NCBI GenBank assembly: GCA_965205015.1
Contig: OZ242029.1
Coordinates: forward strand, 3,968,001 to 4,032,000
DNA length: 64,000 bases
Source: Candidatus Poribacteria bacterium
Lineage (GTDB): Bacteria > Poribacteria > WGA-4E > WGA-3G
Reading direction: 5' to 3'
Shown: in pieces, positions 1 to 9,116 of the stretch
Position numbering within the stretch: position 1 is the stretch's first letter
How the letters are laid out: each line of letters begins with the position of its first letter
Notes under the pieces: generated by a model
Told to the model about the DNA's origin: nothing
Database searches by the model: none
Seen by the model: the letters and a program-made list of their open reading frames with translations, nothing else
Position numbers and translations under genes: made by a program

Positions 1-572
1 CATTGGTAGCGAGCCATTCCTACTATTACTGGTTTCTGACGACGGCACTCACCTTACTCCTCGCGCCTGTCCTCGTTGCGCAATTTGGAACAAAGGAGCG
101 GTTGAAGGACTATGGATTCCAACTCGGGAATCAGAAACTTGGATGGAGCATAACAGGCGCGGCATGGTTTCTGATGATACCGGTGGTTATTCTCGCCGTC
201 ATCGTATATCCGCCTTTCGTGGCAAAGTATCCACTCAGTAAGGTAGTTGCGAGTAGTTGGCAGGCGTTCCTCCCGTATCAACTCGCCTACGGTGTTTACA
301 TGTTTTCGTGGGAATTCTTCTTCCGCGGGTTTATGCTCTTCGGATTAGAACGGAAATTCGGGAACTACACCCTCTTAATTCAGACGATTCCTTTTGCGGT
401 GATGCATTACTCGAAACCCTTACCGGAGGCAATCGGTTCCGTGATTGCGGGTGTATTACTGGGTGTGCTGGCGTTGGAAACCCGTTCGTTCATCTATGGC
501 GCGGCAATCCACTGGCTTGTGGCTATGACGATGGATGTAGTAGCTGTATCGTTTCCACGTTTCTGGGGATAA
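1..572 (+). CDS. CPBP (CAAX/Abi) family intramembrane glutamic endopeptidase, 5'-partial
   Basis: Hydrophobic ORF with WEFFFRG, FAVMHY and AAIHW motifs matching the CPBP motif series; runs off the window start. Confidence 0.8.
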   Translation, partial: LVASHSYYYWFLTTALTLLLAPVLVAQFGTKERLKDYGFQLGNQKLGWSITGAAWFLMIPVVILAVIVYPPFVAKYPLSKVVASSWQAFLPYQLAYGVYMFSWEFFFRGFMLFGLERKFGNYTLLIQTIPFAVMHYSKPLPEAIGSVIAGVLLGVLALETRSFIYGAAIHWLVAMTMDVVAVSFPRFWG

Positions 573-580
573 ACATTTTG

Positions 581-643
581 TTGCGGTTGCTCAGCAAGTG
601 TGCTATAATTGCAGTTGACATCCACACCCTTTTTATATAAGAT
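581..643 (+). promoter_or_regulatory. Two candidate sigma70 promoters upstream of acs
   Basis: TTGCGG(581)-17-TATAAT(604) with extended TG; TTGACA(615)-17-TAAGAT(638). Confidence 0.55.
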
Positions 644-712
644 ATATCCTATACAACTTGTAGATGCGTTTTGACAACTGCAGATTGATTTGGAGAGGAG
701 ATCATAACATAA

Positions 713-2656
713 ATGGCTAATAACGTTTTTCCACCAGCAGAAACTGCTTATCCCGTAGAGAATGCGCACGTCGACAGTTTAGAGACCTATCAAGCGCAAT
801 ACGCCGAATCTATTCAAGATCCGGAGGCATTTTGGGCAACAATCGCGGAACGATTGACGTGGTATCAGAAATGGGATACGATTCGCGATTACGATTTCGT
901 CAACGCGGACATTAAATGGTTCGATGGCGGCACGCTGAATGCTTGTTATAACTGTCTCGATCGACATATAGAAGCCGGACACGGTGATGCAACCGCTATT
1001 ATCTGGGAAGGGAACGATCCCTCCGAAGATAAGACCTTTAGTTACAGTGAACTCCTCGCCGAGGTCAAAAAATTCGCCAATGTCCTGAAGGCAGAAGGTA
1101 TTGAAAAAGGCGATCGCGTCTGTATCTACTTACAGATGGTGCCAGAGTTGGCAATCGCAATGTTAGCGTGTGCGCGGATTGGGGCTGTTCACTCTATCGT
1201 CTTCGGCGCATTTTCAGCGGAATCCCTCCGAGACAGAATCAATGATTCGGCGTGTAAACTGCTGATTACGCAAGATACCGCAATGCGCGGTCCCCGTAGC
1301 GATATACCGATGAAGGCAAATGCCGATGCGGCAGTTGCGGAATGTCCATCCATTGAAAAAGTTGTCGTCGTGGCGCGCACTGGGGATGCTGTCGATTTTG
1401 ATGATTCGCGAGATATTTGGTGGCACGCAGCGATGGCGAATGCCGATACAGAATGTGAACCCGTCGTTATGGACGCTGAAGACCCACTTTTTATCCTGTA
1501 CACCTCCGGCTCGACTGGGCAACCGAAAGGCGTTTTGCATACGACAGGGGGTTACCTCGTCTACACGTCTTACACACATCAACAGGTTTTTGATTACCAC
1601 GAGGGTGATGTCTACTGGTGCACAGCCGATATCGGCTGGATTACTGGGCATTCTTACATTATCTACGGTCCACTCGCAAATCGTGCGGTTAGCGTGATGT
1701 TTGAAGGTGTGCCAAACTACCCAGACTTTGGACGTTTTTGGCAGGTCGTTGAGAAGCATAACATTAATATCTTCTACACTGCTCCGACAGCGCTACGCGC
1801 ACTGATGAAAGAAGGGAATACATGGGTCGAAAAGTACGATAGATCCACGCTTAGACTCCTCGGCACAGTGGGTGAACCGATCAAAGAACCGGAGTGGTTG
1901 TGGTACTACAATATCGTCGGTGAAGAGCGGTGCCCAATTGTGGATACGTGGTGGCAGACCGAAACGGGTGGGATTTTGATGACACCCCTGCCTGCAGCAA
2001 CACCCCTGAAACCTGGTTCGGCAACATTTCCGTTTTTCGGAATTGAGCCGGTGATACTTGATGAAGAGGGTAACGAAGTAGAAGGTAATCCGGCAACCGG
2101 CTATCTCTGTATTAAAACGGCGTGGCCCGGTATCATGCGAACCGTCTACGGCGACCATGAACGGTTTTTGGACACCTATTTCCGCAGGTTCCCCGGTTAT
2201 TATATGACAGGCGATGGGGTGCTACGCGATGAAGATGGGTATTATTGGATTACAGGACGCGTGGACGATGTGTTGAACGTTTCTGGACACCGATTAGGCA
2301 CAGCAGAGGTCGAAGGCGCAATCGGGCAACACGAGACAGTGGCAGAAGCAGCAGTCGTCGGGTATCCACACGACATCAAGGGACAAGGCATCTATGCGTA
2401 TGTTACACTCATGACAGGCGAATCAGCCTCTGATGCGGTGGAAACGGGCATCAAACAGGCGGTTCGACAGCAAATCGGGCCGATCGCCACGCCTGACAAG
2501 ATTCAGTTTACCCCGGCACTGCCAAAGACGAGATCCGGCAAGATTATGCGACGGATTCTCCGCAAAATCGCGGAAGGCGACATCTCCGACCTCGGTGATA
2601 CCTCCACCCTTGCCGATCCGACAGTGGTTGATGATTTGGTTGAAGGGAGACGATAA
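713..2656 (+). CDS. acs: Acetate--CoA ligase (acetyl-CoA synthetase)
   Basis: [41 protein letters not shown] and [11 protein letters not shown] motifs; GGAGAGGAG RBS. Confidence 0.97.
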   Translation: MANNVFPPAETAYPVENAHVDSLETYQAQYAESIQDPEAFWATIAERLTWYQKWDTIRDYDFVNADIKWFDGGTLNACYNCLDRHIEAGHGDATAIIWEGNDPSEDKTFSYSELLAEVKKFANVLKAEGIEKGDRVCIYLQMVPELAIAMLACARIGAVHSIVFGAFSAESLRDRINDSACKLLITQDTAMRGPRSDIPMKANADAAVAECPSIEKVVVVARTGDAVDFDDSRDIWWHAAMANADTECEPVVMDAEDPLFILYTSGSTGQPKGVLHTTGGYLVYTSYTHQQVFDYHEGDVYWCTADIGWITGHSYIIYGPLANRAVSVMFEGVPNYPDFGRFWQVVEKHNINIFYTAPTALRALMKEGNTWVEKYDRSTLRLLGTVGEPIKEPEWLWYYNIVGEERCPIVDTWWQTETGGILMTPLPAATPLKPGSATFPFFGIEPVILDEEGNEVEGNPATGYLCIKTAWPGIMRTVYGDHERFLDTYFRRFPGYYMTGDGVLRDEDGYYWITGRVDDVLNVSGHRLGTAEVEGAIGQHETVAEAAVVGYPHDIKGQGIYAYVTLMTGESASDAVETGIKQAVRQQIGPIATPDKIQFTPALPKTRSGKIMRRILRKIAEGDISDLGDTSTLADPTVVDDLVEGRR

Positions 2657-3151
2657 TTGGCTTCAGCAGAAAAGATAGTAGATGAATTAAAAAAACAGGG
2701 GATCACCCACGCTGTTGGCGTTCCAGATAACGGCAGTGCCCGGATTTATGAACGCTTACGGGCAGCGCCTGGTATTGAAGTCATTACGGTCACCCGCGAA
2801 GGGGAAGCCTTTGCCATTGCATCGGGATTGTATGTGGGTGGCAAGAAGCCTGTGATCATCATCCAAAATACGGGATTCTTGGAATCAGGCGATGCGATCC
2901 GAGGCACCGTTGTCAACATGCAGGTGCCAGTCGTGGTATTTATCGGATATCGGGGTTATCACAATCGAGATACAGATGGACAATGGGTCGATTCTGTAGC
3001 GACTTTCCTTGAACCGACCTTGAAAGCATGGAATCTCCCGTATGAAATGCTTGAAACAGACTCGGATGTTGCCTGCATCGCGAGAGCATTTGAACAGGCA
3101 AGAGAGACTTCACTACCAACAGCAGTGCTCTTAATCGGACATGCTACATAG
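2657..3151 (+). CDS. Sulfopyruvate/phosphonopyruvate decarboxylase alpha-subunit-like protein (TPP enzyme PYR domain)
   Basis: GVPD, TREGEAFAIASG, IIQNTG, IGYRG motifs as in ComD; TTG start abuts the acs stop. Confidence 0.75.
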   Translation: MASAEKIVDELKKQGITHAVGVPDNGSARIYERLRAAPGIEVITVTREGEAFAIASGLYVGGKKPVIIIQNTGFLESGDAIRGTVVNMQVPVVVFIGYRGYHNRDTDGQWVDSVATFLEPTLKAWNLPYEMLETDSDVACIARAFEQARETSLPTAVLLIGHAT

Positions 3152-3370
3152 CATCTTTTGCCCATATTTCGACGCTGTGGAAGATATAAGGGGATTCTTT
3201 CGCGGCGACCTATAGCGTCGCTTTCCCTAAGATGGAGAGAGGCGCGCGATTTCTTACGCGAAATAATGACGTACCTGCCTTGGCACGCGCTCTTTTTCGG
3301 TAAAATTCTGCTAAAATCCCTGTTTTTTCGAGTTTTTTGGTGAAATTGCGCTTTTTTTTAAACATTTTAC

Positions 3371-3400
3371 TTGACAAAACGTTTTAACATAATGTATCAT
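3371..3400 (+). promoter_or_regulatory. Candidate sigma70 promoter of the sigma factor gene
   Basis: TTGACA-18-TATCAT in an AT-rich region; AGGAGAGGAG RBS downstream. Confidence 0.5.
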
Positions 3401-3444
3401 TAATTTTTGTTTTATCAAAATTCTGTAATAAGGAGAGGAGAAAG

Positions 3445-4716
3445 ATGGAAGCCGAGTATTTCGGTGAAACAGCGAGTATTGAAAGTGTTGATCCATACAT
3501 GGAGGCAACATATCCACCAGATGAGACAGAACCCTCGGAAAGTTATAAAGGTAGCGATCAGAGTGCTTTAACGAGTTGGCTTCGAAGCGTAGCGGGTCAC
3601 CGTCTGTTAACCCGCGAGGAAGAAGTTCAATTGGCGAAACGGATTGAAGCCGCAGAGGCTAAAGCATTAGACGAGCTTTTAGATGCCTTAGTGGACGTAG
3701 ACCTATTATCCCGCGAGAAGAGGGAGCAATTGGCAGAACAAATTGGAGCCGCAGAGGTTGAAGCCCTGGAGGAACTCTTAGATGCCTTAGTAGATGTGAA
3801 GCTATTATCTCGCGAGAGGAAAGAGCAACTGGCAGAACAAATTGGAGCTGGCAGGAGCGAAGCAAGAAAAGCACTGGTAAGCGAATTACAAGACGCACTG
3901 GTGACAGGTGACGCATTATCTGGTGAAGGGAAAGGCGAATTGACGAAACGGATTGGAGCTGCCGAGCGCGAAGCACGTAGTGCCCGAGATGAACTCGTCC
4001 AAGCGAATCTACGACTCGTTATTTCTATCGCAGTTAAATACCAGGGGCACAACGTTCCACTCGAGGACTTGATTCAAGAAGGAAACATTGGACTGATTAA
4101 AGCAGCAAGCAAGTTTGACTATCAGAAGGGTTTTAAATTCAGTACGTACGCGATTTGGTGGATTAAACAGGCGATTATGCGTACACTTGACAATTTTTCC
4201 CGTTCCATTCGATTACCTTCCTACGTAGTTGCGAAAATGAATAAATTCGATGCCATCTACGCAACGTTGTGTCAAGAACTACAACGCGAGCCGCGTCGCG
4301 ATGAAATAGCAGACGCTTTAGACTTGACGGTGAAACAGGTCGAAGAAATTTTAACGTTTAACGCTGATACTATCTCGATGGATTTACCGCTTAGCGACGA
4401 ACGTTCTGCTGCGACATTAGGCGACTTAATCGAAGACCCGATAACGAGTGGAGAAGACGGGCCGATCGCAGAAATGATTAATAAGGATCTGACGGCTCAA
4501 TTTCTCAAAAGATTGCCAGAGCGCGAACAAAGAGTCTTGAAAATGCGCTTCGGACTTGAGGATGGAGAACGGAAAACACTCCGAGAAATCGGCGTTGCTT
4601 TAGAGGTTACCCGGGAACGCGTCCGTCAACTGGAAATAGATGCAATCAAACGGTTGTATGATCTTTATGATGAGATGGGCGAATTTCGGTCAAATTCTCA
4701 ATCTTGGGCCGCATAA
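3445..4716 (+). CDS. RNA polymerase sigma70-family factor (RpoD/RpoS-like, no region 1.1)
   Basis: ANLRLVISIA, DLIQEGNIGL, KFSTYAIWWIKQAI, TRERVRQLE (regions 2 and 4). Confidence 0.93.
   Translation: MEAEYFGETASIESVDPYMEATYPPDETEPSESYKGSDQSALTSWLRSVAGHRLLTREEEVQLAKRIEAAEAKALDELLDALVDVDLLSREKREQLAEQIGAAEVEALEELLDALVDVKLLSRERKEQLAEQIGAGRSEARKALVSELQDALVTGDALSGEGKGELTKRIGAAEREARSARDELVQANLRLVISIAVKYQGHNVPLEDLIQEGNIGLIKAASKFDYQKGFKFSTYAIWWIKQAIMRTLDNFSRSIRLPSYVVAKMNKFDAIYATLCQELQREPRRDEIADALDLTVKQVEEILTFNADTISMDLPLSDERSAATLGDLIEDPITSGEDGPIAEMINKDLTAQFLKRLPEREQRVLKMRFGLEDGERKTLREIGVALEVTRERVRQLEIDAIKRLYDLYDEMGEFRSNSQSWAA
3601..3970 (+). repeat. Intragenic ~99-bp tandem repeat (3-4 units) in the sigma factor
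   Basis: Units begin at 3631, 3730, 3829 and 3940 (LAKRIEAA / LAEQIGAA / LAEQIGAG / LTKRIGAA). Confidence 0.9.
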
Positions 4717-4737
4717 CACCACTCATGGAAGGCAATT

Positions 4738-5352
4738 ATGAAGAATTTCTTGAAGAAGATCACAGGAACTGAAACCCCTTTGCTCACAGTCACTGAAGCG
4801 GCGCAAGAAAAGATTCAGGCGGTGATAGAAACCGAAGAGGTTGAGGTTGAAGGACTTCGTATTAGTATTCAAGGTAGAACTGCCACCGCTTTCCAATACA
4901 GCTTGGGTTTAGCGACTGAAGCACAAGAGGATGACCTTATTGTCGAATGTGAGCATTTCAATGTACTCGTCGACGCGGAGAGTGCCCCTGACCTTAAAGG
5001 TACTGTGATTGACTACGTCGATGACCTGAATTCGAGTGGATTCAACATTGAAAACCCAAACACACCGACATGGGACAATCCGAAAGCGCAAGAGGTTCAG
5101 AAGCTTATTGACGAACGGATTAATCCGGCTGTAGCGGCACACGGTGGACAGATAGAACTCTTGAACGTCGAAGACGATGCTATCTACATTCATATGGGCG
5201 GCGGTTGCCAAGGCTGCGGTATGGCAAATGTTACCCTCAAACACGGTATTGAGGCGATGATTCAAGAGGTGTTTCCTGAGATTAAGCACGTGATTGACAC
5301 GACCGATCACGCTGCTGGAGATAACCCGTACTATTCTCCAAGCAAGGGATAA
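4738..5352 (+). CDS. nfuA: Fe-S biogenesis protein NfuA (degenerate A-type carrier plus Nfu domain)
   Basis: ATC-like N-terminus lacking the conserved Cys; INPAVAAHGG and GGGCQGCG; DTTDHAAG. Confidence 0.88.
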   Translation: MKNFLKKITGTETPLLTVTEAAQEKIQAVIETEEVEVEGLRISIQGRTATAFQYSLGLATEAQEDDLIVECEHFNVLVDAESAPDLKGTVIDYVDDLNSSGFNIENPNTPTWDNPKAQEVQKLIDERINPAVAAHGGQIELLNVEDDAIYIHMGGGCQGCGMANVTLKHGIEAMIQEVFPEIKHVIDTTDHAAGDNPYYSPSKG

Positions 5353-5360
5353 TACACATG

Positions 5361-5386
5361 ACGGGCGGATGTTATCATCCGCCCGT
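5361..5386. terminator. Hairpin between convergent genes
   Basis: ACGGGCGGATG-TTAT-CATCCGCCCGT perfect 11-bp stem followed by a T-rich tract. Confidence 0.8.
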
Positions 5387-5394
5387 TTCTATTT

Positions 5395-6363
5395 TCAACC
5401 GGACACAACGTGTGCGCCCGAGTTGTTCGCCTGCGTAACAAAACAAGAGCCACCCTCTGGAAGTGTTTTTAGGAATGCTTCGGTGTCCCGCTTTAACCCA
5501 TCAATATCCTCACCTACCACGCAAATTGCCGACCCCCAACTGCTAACACCCGCGCCGAAAGCGCCGCTTTCGCGTAAGAAATCAAGCGTCAATTGGAGTT
5601 CAGTACCTTGTGCGTCAATTTCCACTTTTTTCCACCCAAACGTTTGAATTTGATCTAAGGCTTTACCGAAGGTGGACATATCTCCTTCAATCAAGGCAGG
5701 GAGTACTTGCATCAATAGGATGTGTGAAAGTTTCTGGGCGACCCATTCCGGTTGTGGACAGAGCGTCTGGAACAACTCGATCTCTTTGTCACCATAAATC
5801 CGCGAACAATTCGGCATGACAATGAGTAACGGCACTTCTGGAAACGAATAACGGAGTAAAACCGGCGGTGGCGAAATATCTCCAAGAGCAGAAGAGGGTA
5901 GGAACGATGCTTTCTGTTCTGGAAACCGATGGCCGCCATCAACGATGAAACCCCCTGTCTGGAATGCCGCAATACCAATACCCGAAGTGCCGCCGCGTCC
6001 GACAATTCTTGCCAATTCTTGCACATTTAATCCAAGTTCGTATAACAGATTGACTGCCTGTGCAACACCAAGAGAAAGTTGTGTGCCAGACCCGAATCCG
6101 CAATGCATCGGGATTTCAGATTGAAATGTTAATTGAATGCCGGGGAAGGGATAGACGTCTTGAAGCCGTTTCAGTACTGCAGCGGTCCGATCACGATAGA
6201 CAGAAGATGGTAAATGAACGCCGGTTGCCCGCTGAGCAACAATTTGAAAATTGGGCTTAGCAATTGCGAGACCGAATCCGCCATCAACCCGTCCCAACAC
6301 ACCATTCAAATCAAGCAGAGAAAAGTGTAAACGGGATGGAGTGGTAATTTTGACCGCGCTCAC
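5395..6363 (-). CDS. Beta-ribofuranosylaminobenzene 5'-phosphate synthase-like (GHMP kinase superfamily)
   Basis: TPSRLHFSLLDLNG..GRVDGG, HCGFGSGTQ, GRGGTSGIG, GGFIVDGGH, GVSSWG motifs. Confidence 0.8.
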   Translation of the reverse strand: MSAVKITTPSRLHFSLLDLNGVLGRVDGGFGLAIAKPNFQIVAQRATGVHLPSSVYRDRTAAVLKRLQDVYPFPGIQLTFQSEIPMHCGFGSGTQLSLGVAQAVNLLYELGLNVQELARIVGRGGTSGIGIAAFQTGGFIVDGGHRFPEQKASFLPSSALGDISPPPVLLRYSFPEVPLLIVMPNCSRIYGDKEIELFQTLCPQPEWVAQKLSHILLMQVLPALIEGDMSTFGKALDQIQTFGWKKVEIDAQGTELQLTLDFLRESGAFGAGVSSWGSAICVVGEDIDGLKRDTEAFLKTLPEGGSCFVTQANNSGAHVVSG

Positions 6364-7064
6364 TCAATCGCCTCACCATTATGCCCATTCTGTCTGACAT
6401 CTCGCTCGATTAAACCGTCACGAATGTGGAGGACGCGCTTGGCATGTTCAGCGACTTCGGGTTCGTGTGTCACCATGATGATGGTATTTCCGTCGTCGTT
6501 CAGACGGTTGAAAATCGCCATGATTTCATCTCCAGAGCGGGTATCCAAGTTCCCCGTCGGCTCATCAGCGAAGATCATTGAGGGTCTATTGACTAAAGCC
6601 CGTGCGATCGCCACACGCTGGATTTGTCCACCAGACAACTCAGTCGACTTGTGATCGACACGGTCTGCTAAACCGACTGCCTCTAAAGATTCAAATGCGC
6701 GCCGTTTGCGCTCTTTTCTGCCCAAACCGGAGTAAATCAACGGTAATTCAACGTTGTTGAGCGCACTGGTTCGTGGAAGCAGGTTAAACGACTGAAACAC
6801 AAAACCGATCTTTTTATTCCGAATGTCAGCCAGCCGATTATCAGACAGCTTCCCAACCTCTTCACCCTCAAGGAAATACTGTCCGGATGTCGGCGTTGCA
6901 AGACACCCCAGAATATCCATCATGGTTGATTTTCCTGAACCGGAGGGTCCCATAATTGCAATAAATTCGCCTTGTGTTATGGTGAAACTGACGCCTCGTA
7001 AGGCATGCACCTGCACATCACCCATTTGATAGATCTTTGTCAAATCTTTTACATCAATTAACAC
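6360..7064 (-). CDS. ABC transporter ATP-binding protein (MacB/LolD-like)
   Basis: GPSGSGKST, LSGGQIQRVAIARAL, ADEPTGNLD. Confidence 0.92.
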   Translation of the reverse strand: MLIDVKDLTKIYQMGDVQVHALRGVSFTITQGEFIAIMGPSGSGKSTMMDILGCLATPTSGQYFLEGEEVGKLSDNRLADIRNKKIGFVFQSFNLLPRTSALNNVELPLIYSGLGRKERKRRAFESLEAVGLADRVDHKSTELSGGQIQRVAIARALVNRPSMIFADEPTGNLDTRSGDEIMAIFNRLNDDGNTIIMVTHEPEVAEHAKRVLHIRDGLIERDVRQNGHNGEAIE

Positions 7065-7140
7065 GGTGTTTCCTCCTTAACCTTAATCTTATGACGATAA
7101 AGCAATAAACAAGAATGCAATTTAGCACGTTTAGGTTGAC

Positions 7141-9114
7141 TTATCTCTCTTCTTCTTCCTGTGGCTCTTCTTGTGCCTTTGTCAGTTCTTGCATAGAAGG
7201 CACAAAAACCCGGTCGCCTTCCTTCAAACCACCCGTGATTTGAAAGTGGGTGTTATTGCGTTGTCCGATTGTAATGTGAGTTTTGACGCCTTTTTGCTCT
7301 TTTTTATCTTTATTGGATTCACCTGTATCTAACATAACAAAATACTGTCGCTCGCTACTCACTTCGGCTTCTATATCGGAGAGCACATTTTGTTCGGAAA
7401 TAACGATCGAGATCTCAGTCGGACCGTTCTTTAAGCCTTTTTGTGCACCTTCGAGTAAGATTTCAAGATTACCCCGCGTTTCCTCTGGCGCAATCTGGCC
7501 GACCCGTCCATCGAACTCGTTCCCAATTAAATTCCGGATTTTCAGCTCCTGTCCCTCCCGAAATTGCCCAATATCCGAGGGATTGACCTTCGCCTTAACA
7601 GTAAAGACCTTTGGACTCAGCACAGTGGGTATTGGCAGTTGAAGGATATCGGATTCTTCAAACACAATGATGTCAACATCCGCGGACATACCGGGTAGCA
7701 GTTCCGGTGGTGAACCGATAACCTCTACATCTACCTCAAAAGTGATAACAGAACTCTGATTCTGGGGACCACGGGGGGTTGCACTCGGTGAAATCTCGCT
7801 GACCTCTCCTGGAAAGACCCGTCCTGGATAACTATCAACGCTGATTTCTGCGCGTTGCCCCTCTTTTATTTTTCCGATTTCTACCTGATTTATCTGTGTC
7901 CTGACAATCATTTGATTGAGGTCGGCAATGCGCATAATCGCGTCGCCACGTGAGAAAGCGGAACGCCCCGAGGTGATAATTTCACCTTCTTCGACAGTGA
8001 GGCGCGTAATCGTGCCAGCCATAGGTGCTATGACTGTCGTCCATTCGTAGCGCTCTTGTTGAGACTCGAGTTGGCTTTGGGCTTGGAGCAAACTCGCCTC
8101 CGCACCAACTTTTGCGTGTCTGGTGAGTTCCTTCTCTTCTTCAGTCGTTTCCTCTAATTGACGGAGCCGTGTGCGAGCGTTCTCCAATTCCGCTTCCAAT
8201 TGCTTTTTCCGTGCTTCTTCCGATTCTTTAAGGGTCAGAACATTCTTTTTATTGAGTTCAAGGGTTGATTCACGACTCGAAATCGCTTCTTTCCTGACGT
8301 TGATATTTTCTTCTTGGGACTTAATGGTTTCCTCTTGGGATTCCACCTCTTTTTGTGCGTTTTCATACTGCGAATTCGCCGCAGCGAGTTGGTTTTGGGA
8401 TTCCTCCAGCGTCCGCTTTGAAACTAACTTCTTGTCAAACAGTTCTTTATTTCGCTTGTACTCGGACTCAGCCGTTTCGAGGGCTACCTTCGCGGATCCA
8501 ACACTCGTTGTCGCCCGATCAAGCATTAAGTTTGCCTGTGATAAAGCGATCTCAGCCTGCTTTAAGCCGATCTGATCGCGGTTGAGGTCAATCTGTGTCG
8601 TTGCGACCTGTGTTTCCGCTTCGGTCAGACGTTGCTGTGTCGTTGCGACAAATGAATCTAAAGTCGCCTGTGCGACCGCGACAGAGTTGCCTGCTTGGGC
8701 GAGACTACTCTCTTGTTGTTTTTCAGTAATTTGAATTTGGAGTTCTGCCTGTTGAAGTTGGGCTTTTCGGGCGTCGCGATTCGCCGCAGCTTGTTTCCGT
8801 TGCTCCAGAATTTGCTCATCATCAATTCGAAGTAAAGGAGCCCCCAGTTCAACCTCGTCCCCCTCATCAACGAAAATCTCGATGATTTCACCTTCAACGT
8901 TCGAGCGGACATCCACCTCAAGGAAGGAACGCAGATTACCGGACTCACGTACCCGAACGAGGAATTCGCCGCGCCGCACTATTTCCTGTTTCACCTCAGT
9001 TTCTTTCTTGTTTTGACCAAAACTGAGGTTGATTCGTGTAGCGCCAATTGCCCCGACGGCGATAACAACCAAGGCGACTACTCCGATGATAATCCACTTT
9101 TTCCGATTTTTCAT
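7141..9114 (-). CDS. Periplasmic adaptor (MFP, MacA/HlyD-like) with very long coiled coil
   Basis: N-terminal TM, split lipoyl halves (VRSNVEGEIIEIFVDEGDEV ... IAPMAGTI), ~260-aa heptad region, beta-barrel with LLPGMSADV. Confidence 0.88.
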   Translation of the reverse strand: MKNRKKWIIIGVVALVVIAVGAIGATRINLSFGQNKKETEVKQEIVRRGEFLVRVRESGNLRSFLEVDVRSNVEGEIIEIFVDEGDEVELGAPLLRIDDEQILEQRKQAAANRDARKAQLQQAELQIQITEKQQESSLAQAGNSVAVAQATLDSFVATTQQRLTEAETQVATTQIDLNRDQIGLKQAEIALSQANLMLDRATTSVGSAKVALETAESEYKRNKELFDKKLVSKRTLEESQNQLAAANSQYENAQKEVESQEETIKSQEENINVRKEAISSRESTLELNKKNVLTLKESEEARKKQLEAELENARTRLRQLEETTEEEKELTRHAKVGAEASLLQAQSQLESQQERYEWTTVIAPMAGTITRLTVEEGEIITSGRSAFSRGDAIMRIADLNQMIVRTQINQVEIGKIKEGQRAEISVDSYPGRVFPGEVSEISPSATPRGPQNQSSVITFEVDVEVIGSPPELLPGMSADVDIIVFEESDILQLPIPTVLSPKVFTVKAKVNPSDIGQFREGQELKIRNLIGNEFDGRVGQIAPEETRGNLEILLEGAQKGLKNGPTEISIVISEQNVLSDIEAEVSSERQYFVMLDTGESNKDKKEQKGVKTHITIGQRNNTHFQITGGLKEGDRVFVPSMQELTKAQEEPQEEEER

Positions 9115-9116
9115 GG

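Noticed and set aside
1-572. CPBP protease as the processing enzyme for the WG-tail proteins
   Set aside because: It lies ~29 kb from the nearest WG-tail gene and the tails lack the TM helix such intramembrane sortases cleave; no supporting evidence here
3280-3296. sigma54 promoter (TTGGCACG)
   Set aside because: The -12 TTGC element is missing (CTTT instead)
3152-3345. Structured ncRNA or 61-aa ORF between comD-like and sigma genes
   Set aside because: Only weak hairpins, no recognisable RNA family motif, and the ORF lacks an RBS and protein-like features
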